Shown: in pieces, positions 40,388 through 49,415 of the stretch
Numbering within the stretch: the stretch's first letter is position 1
Layout: each line of letters begins with the position of its first letter
Origin: Nitrospirales bacterium
GTDB lineage: Bacteria > Nitrospirota > Nitrospiria > Nitrospirales > UBA8639
Length of the DNA stretch: 64,000 bases
Direction: 5' to 3'
Assembly (NCBI GenBank): GCA_963555755.3
Contig: OY820905.2
Span: 896,001 to 960,000, forward strand
Position numbers and translations under genes: made by a program
Notes under the pieces: generated by a model
What the model saw: the letters and a program-made list of their open reading frames with translations, nothing else
The model's database searches: none
What the model was told of the DNA's origin: nothing

Positions 40388-42037
40388 TTATAATTTGCTC
40401 GCACGAGCCAACACGATTTTTCGTTTCCCCCGGTTGAAGTGGCGTAATCGCTCTACATGAAACTCCAAGTGAGCCTCTTCGAATTTGGCGAACTGTTTAG
40501 GTGTCAAAAAAAACACAACCTCCCCTTTTTGGTCAACCAGGTCCCGAAGATCTTTTGAAGCCTGATCAAAGTCTTTTTGCCATCCAATAATACCAGCCCC
40601 GGAATGCCGATACTGCCAATAATACAAATCCTCGTCACCCCGCCAACCCCAATGCTGAAACGCCAGAATGGGTTCATCAGGATTGGGCAGCAACGCTCTC
40701 GTTTCCTGAAACATCGCCCTGGGAGAAGCCGCAACATCCATGGCCGGCAATAGAAATCCAATAACACCAAACATCCATCCAGCCGCAAGAACCCCTAATC
40801 CCTTCACCGCCATGTGGATGCGGGAAGACACAACTTGCCAGAAGAGCCACGCACTTAACGCGATCATCACTCCAGTATAGAGTAAAGGGAACACATCCGT
40901 TGATACGCCCCGCAGCCACTCTAATAAATAGGGGCCGCCAATGAGGCCCACCACATTCACCACACAAAACACCCCGAGCAACACCTTCAACAATCGTTCC
41001 CATGGAATGTTTCGCCCAGATGTCGAAAAGATAGAATGATAAAAATATCCAATCGCCAAACCCATCGGCGGAACGATCGGCAACAAATACCGTTCGGTTT
41101 TTCCATGTGCCAGACTAAAGGCAACAAAGTAGGCCAGAATCCAAACCAACAGAAACAGTTCTTTGGATCTTGGACCAAAGGGCCTTACAGACCACAACAA
41201 CACCAGGCTAGAAGGAATCAACACTGACCAAGGGAAAAAATCAAACCACATGACAATCACATAATAGTAAAACGGTTGATTCCCAACCGAAGGTTCAGCT
41301 ATTACTCGCTCTAAACTTTCCTTCAAGAAAAAATGCTCGCGAAACTCCGGACCTAACGCCCAATAATACGGCACAACCATGGACAGAAACACCACCAGCC
41401 CGAGGTAGAATGGCCATCGTCGAAACACACTCCAATCCCGCTGAAACCCGGAAAACACCAGAAGAACCAAACATGGTAACAAGAGTGCATGGATCGCTTT
41501 AAACATGCTCCCGATAGCCAGGCACATAAACCCCGCCACATACCACCCCGACTGCTTCTCAAGAAAAGTCGCCCGTGCCCAGCAATACAATCCCGCCGTC
41601 ATAAAAAAAGTCAGGCCAGGATCCATCAACACGAGACGCCCATACCAGTAAAAGAGATATGTGGTCGCCACGACCACGCCCGCCCAAAACCCAGCTAACG
41701 GGGAAAACAAGATCACACCCAAATGATAGGTCAGTAGCAGCGTCCCCAAACTGAACAACGACCCAGGAATCCGCAACGCCACTTCGAGGCTTCCGACAAC
41801 CGGAGCAAGATAGGTTGACGCCAGAGATTCCATCCAGAAAAACAACGGAGGTTTATTCAGATAGGTGTGGCCATATAAATTTAAGTGAAAGGGATTCTCT
41901 TGCGTAAACGTCTGGTCTATAATCGCGGCATACAACCCCTCATCTTCCACGAATAATGACACATCAAGATGTGCACATACGCCGAATAGGCCCAAAAGAA
42001 GAACCACGCAAAACTGGAGACCAACTTTATTTGCCAT
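40388..42037 (-). CDS. ArnT/PMT-like (GT39/GT83) membrane glycosyltransferase
   Basis: DEGLY, NKPPLFFW, K.ERYLLP; multiple TMs. Confidence 0.88.
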   Translation of the reverse strand: MANKVGLQFCVVLLLGLFGVCAHLDVSLFVEDEGLYAAIIDQTFTQENPFHLNLYGHTYLNKPPLFFWMESLASTYLAPVVGSLEVALRIPGSLFSLGTLLLTYHLGVILFSPLAGFWAGVVVATTYLFYWYGRLVLMDPGLTFFMTAGLYCWARATFLEKQSGWYVAGFMCLAIGSMFKAIHALLLPCLVLLVFSGFQRDWSVFRRWPFYLGLVVFLSMVVPYYWALGPEFREHFFLKESLERVIAEPSVGNQPFYYYVIVMWFDFFPWSVLIPSSLVLLWSVRPFGPRSKELFLLVWILAYFVAFSLAHGKTERYLLPIVPPMGLAIGYFYHSIFSTSGRNIPWERLLKVLLGVFCVVNVVGLIGGPYLLEWLRGVSTDVFPLLYTGVMIALSAWLFWQVVSSRIHMAVKGLGVLAAGWMFGVIGFLLPAMDVAASPRAMFQETRALLPNPDEPILAFQHWGWRGDEDLYYWQYRHSGAGIIGWQKDFDQASKDLRDLVDQKGEVVFFLTPKQFAKFEEAHLEFHVERLRHFNRGKRKIVLARASKL

Positions 42038-42172
42038 ATAAACAGACAGCCGTAATCAGTAAACCACAAACAGATAACATCTCGTCACAAGAAGAAAGCC
42101 TTCAGGGTCTGTTGAATATTTCGGGTCAAGGACCCATAGATGCTCCAGAAAAGACGGCTCACATCAGTGGGA

Positions 42173-42318
42173 GGGAATGTTCAAAAAAGCATGCCCTGAG
42201 TCTTTCCGAAGGGTCTATCCAGCAAGGCCGCAGCCCTTTTGACGCGCGGAGCGTACTCTCAGTACGTGAGCACGACAAAAGGGCGAGAACGCCGCTGGCG
42301 GCTTTTTTCAACATTCCC
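42173..42318. mobile_element. Family A miniature element
   Basis: gggaatgttcaaaaa ... ttttcaacattccc with the shared core. Confidence 0.85.
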
Positions 42319-42556
42319 CTTCAGGGTCGGCACTGTAGCATATTGTCCTTTAGACATCACGGGTACAATGGTTTAAAAATAGGACAGACGGACAAACACA
42401 CTTTTGAGTTGAAATGAGGAACAAAAGAAGTGACAATCCCTACAGATACACCATCCAGGTCGCAACATTCAATCATGAAGCAATATGGATGTTCGTATGA
42501 AAAGGGGTCTTCCGGCTTTCATGAGGCTAGGGGGCCCCGATTTACGACAACAAACA

Positions 42557-43264
42557 ATGAGACATAGAAAAAACACGAACCCTACTTTCAGACTGATTAT
42601 TTTCCTTACCGCATTCCTCTTTCCGGGTTGCGCTATCATTGAAACCGCATTCGATATTGCCAAGGGAACTGTCAAGGGCGGCTACTATGTTGTCAAAGGT
42701 GCATACCATCTCACCGCCGGCACGACCAAGGTGGTCTACCACATTGGTAAATTTACCTTTGAAGTCTTGCGTGCCCCAAAGGAATGGCCACTCACGAATG
42801 AAGATATTGAAACCATCGATGGGTTACCGGTCAAAGAAGCCATTCGCCAAGGTCGCGTGAAAAGAGCACCCTACGTAGTCAAGGGAAAACGTTATGTCCC
42901 CATGAGCGTAAAGAGAGCCCAACAGTATGAAGAAACCGGCGTTGCCTCATGGTACGGAGAAGAAACTCGACGACAAAAAGGCGGCCACATGACCGCCAAC
43001 GGAGAAGCCTTCAATCCCAAAGGCCTCACGGCCGCCCACAAATATCTTCCGCTGCCCATCAACGTGAAAGTCACGAACCTAGAAAATGGCCGATCAATCA
43101 TTGTGAGAGTAAACGACCGAGGCCCCTTCCCCAGCGTCAACAATTCAAAATCTGGAAAACGAATAATCGACCTCAGCTACGGCGCCGCCAAACGTCTCGG
43201 CTTCCACAAAAAAGGCTTAGCTAAAGTCCGTGTGAAAGTGATCCGCGTAAAAGTGGAAACGTGA
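42557..43264 (+). CDS. rlpA: RlpA-family septal ring lytic transglycosylase lipoprotein
   Basis: FPGC lipobox; G.ASWYG, TANGE, TAAH..LP, VNDRGP, RIIDLS. Confidence 0.9.
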   Translation: MRHRKNTNPTFRLIIFLTAFLFPGCAIIETAFDIAKGTVKGGYYVVKGAYHLTAGTTKVVYHIGKFTFEVLRAPKEWPLTNEDIETIDGLPVKEAIRQGRVKRAPYVVKGKRYVPMSVKRAQQYEETGVASWYGEETRRQKGGHMTANGEAFNPKGLTAAHKYLPLPINVKVTNLENGRSIIVRVNDRGPFPSVNNSKSGKRIIDLSYGAAKRLGFHKKGLAKVRVKVIRVKVET

Positions 43265-43297
43265 GCCCCAGAAAGGGAAATTTGGAATTTTTTTAGA

Positions 43298-43488
43298 TGC
43301 AGGGTTTCGCCCCTGCAGACGAGGCCCTTTTGTTTCGGCAAAAGGACCCAAAACCATTTCTGCCCGTGCGCGGCCCCAAGGGGGTTCCTCCGCCTCCGCC
43401 CCGAATAAGATGGCGAGGGAACTCGCTCTGCTCAAACAGCCCTCGCCTAAAAGTCGATTCGGGCCTGCGGCTCCGCCGCACCCAACGC
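43298..43488 (+). repeat. Family I dispersed ~200-bp repeat
   Basis: cttttgtttcggcaaaag...aagatggcgagggaactcgct; reverse copies at 46633 and 47764. Confidence 0.85.
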
Positions 43489-43915
43489 GAGAACCATATC
43501 GGCCAGAAAAGGAAAAAGAAGGTTCCTGGCACCTTTTCTTTTCCCGTTTCTTTTCCATGCAATCCCCTAGGAATATTTCCCAATTTCAAAAACCCTCCTA
43601 ATTTTCATACACGCACCATTAGATTTTCCAAACACTTAGGAGTACCGTATAAGGGGGTTCAAAAATAAATGAATTTCGTTTTCTTAATAGCATGGGCAGG
43701 GTTGTTACTGTATTTCTCGATCAAAGAGGAATTTAATGCAAAGGATACAAGTATTGTTTTTCTGATATATTACCTAATCCCCCTCTTTATTCTTTTGTTG
43801 TTAAATGATTTCTCTCTCAACAAAATATTCTCGGGTGGCGTACCTGATTATATAGATGAGTGTTGCGTCCGCTACTAGGATACCAATAACAAATATTTAT
43901 TATACCTACTTCACA

Positions 43916-44569
43916 ATGAATGAGATGGTACCGCAAGACAAGCTTCTGTCTCTCGCTCACCGAGGCTTGAACTCTCAGGAACCTTTGGAAACCGTCGCCA
44001 AAGACCACGGTGTATCGGAGGCGGATCTAAAACGTACGGTGCGCGAATATAAAAAGACCATAGAAAAGTTACAACGGGAAGAAGAGCGTAAGGGCCAACT
44101 GGCGGACTTGGTTCCAGGCCTTTTGAAAATGGCAGTGGACTTTCGTATTAATGGACGTAGCCTTAGAGCCAAAGCTGAATACAGGTTCAAATTTCCAGAA
44201 CTGTGCGATGGCGACACACATAAAAAGGGACCGACCAAGTTCTATAGACCAGACGTGGTTTGGTTTAACGGAGAACCTTCGGAAGAAACTGCATCTGTGA
44301 TTTTTGAAATCGAGAATGGAACTAGCCCAAAACACCAGATGGGCGGACTCGCTTTCGCAAATATTCTTGCGCTCAAATACACAAAGACCATTATGGTTCT
44401 TTGCAATTGTACGCGAGGGATCGGAGATTCTCTCGAACTCAATTGCATTATCCAAAGCATACCTTGGGCCAAAGTGGTCTCTAAACGCTTTCGTGGTCCA
44501 CGGTTTCCACCTTCCGTCAGTGGAGGAATCCGTGAGAACAGCGTTGCAACAGCAGGCGTGAAGCCATGA
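43916..44569 (+). pseudogene. PD-(D/E)XK nuclease-like protein with N-terminal HTH, probable frameshift at ~44381
   Basis: YRPDVVW...IFEIEN; an alternative frame continues QRPLWFFAIVRE to 44561. Confidence 0.55.
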
Positions 44570-44873
44570 ATCAAAATAAGTTGTTTTTGAATGCCTGGGA
44601 AAGGGATGAAAATGCTCCCCAAAAACCACGCACCGTATCCTTCAAGCTACCATAGGATTTTGATGCCTTTTCTTTTGGGAATATACTGCGGGCTGATATT
44701 GGGATAGGCTGCCGAAATTGCAGTATATCTCTGTTCATGAAACCATAGGCTGGTTTGGTTAATGTATTGAATTATGGTGAAATAAGCATTCCTGGGGTTA
44801 ATTATAATGAGGGTGCTATCCCACTGTGGCAAGTTGCAGAATACATAATAGTTAGAAATACGAAGGACCAAAA

Positions 44874-45677
44874 ATGAAACCCGCACTAATCATCACTTTC
44901 CTAGCACTTTTAGCGCAGGGTTGCGCTAACCTGGGTCATGAGGAGTTTTACACCCAGCGTGCTCCTATTAAGTATCCCCCTACTAAGAAAATAATGGTTT
45001 TCGAATATGGTAACGTTGATCTTAAGGAAATCTATGAGATTCTTTTTTCTGATTTCTTGATCATCGGCCGATCCGCTTTCCACGGCCCGTACGAGGATCC
45101 AAAGGAATCAGTTTCCTTCGCCAAGTCAATAGGCGCGGATGTTTTCCTTGCCACTTCTCAATTTGAGGAAACAAGAACTTCATTTATAAACCTTTCAACC
45201 CCGGCATCAAGTACCACTGACTTTAGTGGGTATTCTGGAATTGGCTCATTCTATGGTACGGCGACAACTTACGGCACAAAGACGACCACCATTCCGATAA
45301 CGGTCAATCGGTACGATCAAAAGGGCCTCTATTTAAGGAACGTCAACAATATTGTATCGCTTTGGGAAAGGATCCAAGATCAATACAAGAGGACGGGATC
45401 AAGTGATCTTGAGGGGGGTTGGTTCAATGAAAACTACAAGCTTCGCCTATATCGTTCCGGCCAACAAATTGTCGCCTTCATTTCTGAGGAACCTAAAGAT
45501 CGCCCTGATTGGGGTAAAGGGCAATTGAAGTTCATTTTCGGTGTTGATTCAGGTGTTGGCATCTATCTCGCGGGAAATAAAACGCCTATGCCTTCGGAAT
45601 TCAAGCTAAATAAGTTTGGGCATCTTGAAGTAACGATCATCACAATAAAAGAAACATTTTCGTTTGCACGGGAATAG
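44874..45677 (+). CDS. hypothetical lipoprotein, gene-cassette-like
   Basis: LAQGC lipobox; GTTAGAA at 44851 upstream; attC immediately downstream. Confidence 0.8.
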   Translation: MKPALIITFLALLAQGCANLGHEEFYTQRAPIKYPPTKKIMVFEYGNVDLKEIYEILFSDFLIIGRSAFHGPYEDPKESVSFAKSIGADVFLATSQFEETRTSFINLSTPASSTTDFSGYSGIGSFYGTATTYGTKTTTIPITVNRYDQKGLYLRNVNNIVSLWERIQDQYKRTGSSDLEGGWFNENYKLRLYRSGQQIVAFISEEPKDRPDWGKGQLKFIFGVDSGVGIYLAGNKTPMPSEFKLNKFGHLEVTIITIKETFSFARE

Positions 45678-45680
45678 TAT

Positions 45681-45754
45681 TTCGAACAATTCGCTGAACC
45701 CCAACTGCAAAAGCCGTGCGAAGCGCTGCCAGCCCGTTAGCTCTGGAGCTATTT
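45681..45754 (+). other. degenerate integron attC site
   Basis: TTCGAAC-N5-GCT[G]AAC ... GTTAGC-N6-GCTATTT (extrahelical base; R' GTT mutated). Confidence 0.6.
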
Positions 45755-45771
45755 CTTGAACGAGATTCAGC

Positions 45772-46146
45772 ATGAATGAAAAGGCTTTAGCAGAGCAGAT
45801 CGCAGCCCAGGTTCTCAGAGACACCCAGTTTTGGATTGCACTCGTTGGAATATTCGGAGCTGTCGTTGGATCCCTGCTTACTTTCGTCGGAAACTTCCTC
45901 CTTCATTGGTTCCAAGATCGGAATCGAAAACTTCTCGATAGAGCAAGGAAGAAGCTTCTTAAAGGTATGCTGGACAAACAAGATTGGCGGAAACTTTCCA
46001 CGTTGTCCCGCGTAATCGGCGCAGACTATGATACCACCCGTCGCTTACTGTTCGAGCTAGACGCGCGTGGCTCGGAGGTAGCAAGAGAAGACAGCGAAGA
46101 GGTTTGGGGATTAATTTCAAAACATCCATTAGATCGGATCGAATAA
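45772..46146 (+). CDS. hypothetical TM plus winged-helix-like protein, gene-cassette-like
   Basis: One TM, then WRKLSTLSRVIGAD..TTRRLL; lies between two attC-like sites. Confidence 0.75.
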   Translation: MNEKALAEQIAAQVLRDTQFWIALVGIFGAVVGSLLTFVGNFLLHWFQDRNRKLLDRARKKLLKGMLDKQDWRKLSTLSRVIGADYDTTRRLLFELDARGSEVAREDSEEVWGLISKHPLDRIE

Positions 46147-46150
46147 TGCG

Positions 46151-46207
46151 GTCTAACAGTACCTCAAGGGGACGCGACAACCCGGACCGCTTAGGCCGAC
46201 TTTATCT
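46151..46207 (+). other. degenerate integron attC site
   Basis: GTCTAAC 4 nt after stop; CCT[C]AAG pairs with CTTAGG; R' reads TTTATCT. Confidence 0.55.
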
Positions 46208-46360
46208 GAAGATACTGCAATTGTGCTCATTTTGTGCTCAACGCCACAACACTCCAGCCTATTCAGGCCTATTCCAGCCAAACTTCGGGATACGTGAAAA
46301 CTTTGGCTGGGGTAGGCTGGAATGAGTTCTGGTAGGCTCCAGTAGGGTGGTGTTTCCGCA

Positions 46361-46390
46361 TTCCTAAACCGCAGGTCGGACGTTCAAAAT
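46361..46390 (+). other. tRNA-Arg(CCT) 3' fragment, probable att site relic
   Basis: TT-CCT-AA-ACCGC-AGGTC-GGACG-TTCAAA gives anticodon loop, 3' stem, variable loop and T-arm start; tandem TGTGCTCA repeats at ~46222-46240. Confidence 0.6.
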
Positions 46391-46632
46391 AGGAGACTGC
46401 CCTTCCCTAATAATCAATCCGCCCTTTCCCTTCAGCTCAAATTTCCTTCCAAGATAATCCCCCAACTTCAAATTGAATTAAGTTTTTCGAGGTCACGAAG
46501 ACCTACCCGGTCACGCTCTTGCCAGATCTTCTTTTAAACATCCGAAAAAGTAAGATTTGAAGTCAAGTCTATTGTTGATAGTTTCACAGCTTGACGACGA
46601 TTTCACCTTCTCATTTCTGCAATCTCCTCCCG

Positions 46633-46849
46633 CCTTGGGCGCGGCGGAGCCAGAGTCCCGAATCGACTTTTCGGCGAGGGCTGTTTGAGCGGAGCGAGTT
46701 CCCTCGCCATCTTATTCGGGACGGAGGCGGAGGCACCCCGGAGAGCCTGCTTCTGAGCAGAATCGGAGGGGCCGCGCACGGGCGAAAATGGTTTTGGGTA
46801 CTTTTGCCGAAACAAAAGTGCCTCGTCGCACGGGGACGAAACCCCGCAG
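46633..46849 (-). repeat. Family I repeat
   Basis: Reverse match to 43298-43488. Confidence 0.85.
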
Positions 46850-46905
46850 TTGAAAGAAAGCCAAGCATGGGGATCGGGTTCTGTTAATTTGAACGAAAAC
46901 CCTCT

Positions 46906-47127
46906 CTACACTTCAAACTCACTTCGGGGAAGGCCAGACTGGCGGATGATGGATTGTAAGGTACCAATTCGAAGTTCGTCATGGTCCGGAACAGGAACAG
47001 TAGTTGTGACTTCAGAGGTTTTTTGTTGCATCACGATATGGCTGCCTCGCTTGCGAACTTCTACAAATCCGTGTTTCGATAGAATCTTACATGCCCCTTT
47101 ACCAGATAAGACTCGCAGCTTACCCAA
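46906..47127 (-). CDS. hicA: HicA-family toxin
   Basis: GF..VR.RGSH...VPVP.H.EL.IGTL.SI. Confidence 0.92.
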   Translation of the reverse strand: MGKLRVLSGKGACKILSKHGFVEVRKRGSHIVMQQKTSEVTTTVPVPDHDELRIGTLQSIIRQSGLPRSEFEV

Positions 47128-47341
47128 GCGTCACCTCAAGTTGGGTGACATAGATTTCTCCGTGAAGTCGTGTTTTCACCTCTTCCTGCGAGGCACATTC
47201 AAAAAATAACTCCACGGCTTCGTGTAAGTTATCTTTGGCTTGTTCAACTGTCGCCCCTTGGCTGGCAACATCCAACTCCGGGCAAAGCGAAACATATCCG
47301 TCGCCTTCCCGTTCAATAATTGCTGTCAATTGATATTTCAT
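47120..47341 (-). CDS. hicB: HicB-family antitoxin (short form, upstream of hicA)
   Basis: YVSLCPELDVASQG.TVEQA..NL.EA. Confidence 0.92.
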   Translation of the reverse strand: MKYQLTAIIEREGDGYVSLCPELDVASQGATVEQAKDNLHEAVELFFECASQEEVKTRLHGEIYVTQLEVTLG

Positions 47342-47429
47342 GGTTTCTCCTTCGTCTCAATAAGGGTAGTTCCTCCCATTCTAAGATTAAAGCAAATATT
47401 TTCCAATGGCTATTGTCGGATAGGTAATC

Positions 47430-47590
47430 CTAGAAACAGCAGTTGGATCACAAAATTCCGCGCAAACTCTTGGCCCACCTGGAAAAATAAAAAAATGTCT
47501 TATCACCACCCAGGTGACGACGACTTTTTTTACTTCACCGTGCACACCAATACCTCACACGGCTTTTTTGCGCCCAACTGCTGTTTCTAA
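47430..47590. mobile_element. Family F element, uninterrupted reference copy
   Basis: tagaaacagcagttgg / ccaactgctgtttcta TIRs. Confidence 0.85.
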
Positions 47591-47763
47591 GTTAAACCCG
47601 GCGTGCTGATTTCCAGCACCGGGCTTTCCTGGATGCTTCACGTTAAGGGTTATACCATCTTCAACCCACCAGACACACCGCCATTGACAGCATGTGATCA
47701 AATCTTTTCTTGAGAGTTCCCAAAATTGACAATGCCCATGGTGCTTTCTTTTTGAAGCTAACC

Positions 47764-47981
47764 TGCGTTGGGCGCGGCGGAGCCTCCGCCCCGAATCGAC
47801 CCCTTCGGCGAGGGCTGTTTGAGCGGAGCGAGTTCCCTCGCCATCTTATTCGGGGCGGAGGCGGAGGCACCCCTCTGAGACTGCTTCTGAGCAGCCTCGG
47901 AGGGGCCGCGCACGGGCGAAAATGGTTTTGGGCACTTTTGCCGAAACAAAAGTGCCTCGCCGCGCGGGGACGAAACCCCGT
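47764..47981 (-). repeat. Family I repeat
   Basis: Match to 46633-46849. Confidence 0.85.
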
Positions 47982-47986
47982 ATAAA

Positions 47987-49330
47987 TTAGTGCATCGCAT
48001 CCACCACTTCAGCAAGTGTGCGCAATGCTTGAGACACTTGAACTTCCACAGTGGCACCCTCACGAAGCTGGCATAGGTCTTGTGGTAAATGGGTTAATTG
48101 AGTCGCAGCATGCTCACGGGATTGAGTGAGTGGAATAGGAGAACCAAGTCGCTTTCCAGACTCAATTACTTTGTGGATGAGCGGCTCTCCTTCTTGCGGG
48201 TCATCATCCGTCGTTATCACATCATGATCGATTCGCCCCTGTTGGGCAAACTGGCGATACACTTGTTTCGGACCTGGCCAGGTAGCCTTTCCTTCTGATT
48301 TTTTTCGTGTCGGCCTACCCGCGTATTCTTGCAACTTGTACACACAGTCCAAATACGGAACATCTGCGGAGGCTGTCAGCTTCGTGCCGACCGCGAGAAA
48401 GTCTATTGGTGCCTGAGCCGCCACCAGGGATTGAATGGCATACTCATCCAAATGACCACTGGCGGTTATTTGCACGTCATTGAGCCCACCTTCATCTAAA
48501 ATCTTTCGTACCTTGAACGCATGATCGACTAAGTCACCACTATCCAAGCGTACCCCTTTTATGGAAATACCTTTTTCTTTTAGACGCGGAGCTAAGGCGA
48601 CAACTTTCCTTGCTCCGTCTTCTGTGTTGTAGGTGTCGATCAACAGAACGACATTCTCTGGATGGGCGTCGGCGAAATGTTCGAAGGCTTCGCTTTCGAC
48701 TGTATGGGCTTGAATAAAACTATGCGCCATGGTGCCAAACACGGGCACTCCAAAAAGCGACTCAGCCAGAATCGTTGCCGAGCCTGAAAACCCTGCAAGA
48801 TAACTCGCCCGGGCTGCTAGCAAACCGGCTTCTGCCCCATGAGCACGCCGTAACCCAAAATCAATGAGAGGTTTTTCGGATGCCACGAGCACACACCGTG
48901 CAGCTTTGGATGCTACCAACGTTTGATATTGCAAGAGATTGATTAAACGAGTTTCGACCAGTTGTGCCTGTGGAAGAGGCGCCGTGATTCGCGCAATGGG
49001 CTCGTTGGCAAAAAAAATTGTGCCCTCGGGCATGGCATGAAGATCGCCGGAAAATTTCCATCGCTCTAAATAGTCCACAAAGGATTGGCTGAAGAGCCCG
49101 CTTGTAGCCACCCAAGCCAACTCTTCCGAAGTAAAACGGGCCTGTTCCAAAAACTCCACGAGTTGTTCAAGACCAGCGGCCATAAAAAAACCCCGCTGTG
49201 GGGGCATCGTGCGCACAAAGAATTCAAAAACCGCGGTCTCTTCCATGCCATGCTCCAAGTAGCCTTGAAGCATGGTCAGTTGATACAAATCTGTGTGGAG
49301 GATACTGGAGCGAATGTCCGGGTTAGGCAT
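47987..49330 (-). CDS. pncB: nicotinate phosphoribosyltransferase
   Basis: TDLYQLTM, DFGLRRAHG, GTMAHS, LIDTY, GVRLDSGD. Confidence 0.95.
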   Translation of the reverse strand: MPNPDIRSSILHTDLYQLTMLQGYLEHGMEETAVFEFFVRTMPPQRGFFMAAGLEQLVEFLEQARFTSEELAWVATSGLFSQSFVDYLERWKFSGDLHAMPEGTIFFANEPIARITAPLPQAQLVETRLINLLQYQTLVASKAARCVLVASEKPLIDFGLRRAHGAEAGLLAARASYLAGFSGSATILAESLFGVPVFGTMAHSFIQAHTVESEAFEHFADAHPENVVLLIDTYNTEDGARKVVALAPRLKEKGISIKGVRLDSGDLVDHAFKVRKILDEGGLNDVQITASGHLDEYAIQSLVAAQAPIDFLAVGTKLTASADVPYLDCVYKLQEYAGRPTRKKSEGKATWPGPKQVYRQFAQQGRIDHDVITTDDDPQEGEPLIHKVIESGKRLGSPIPLTQSREHAATQLTHLPQDLCQLREGATVEVQVSQALRTLAEVVDAMH

Positions 49331-49415
49331 CTTTTAGGGCACTACCAACTTTCGGGTGGATTCGGAAGTATAGCAGAGTGGAGTTGATTCCCCTCCTTTG
49401 TAAGGAGGGGTAAGG

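Noticed and set aside
43669..43878. 69-aa hydrophobic ORF
   Set aside because: It is very AT-rich with no motif; possibly a gene fragment but not supportable
46361..46390. Functional tRNA gene
   Set aside because: It lacks the 5' half and the acceptor stem
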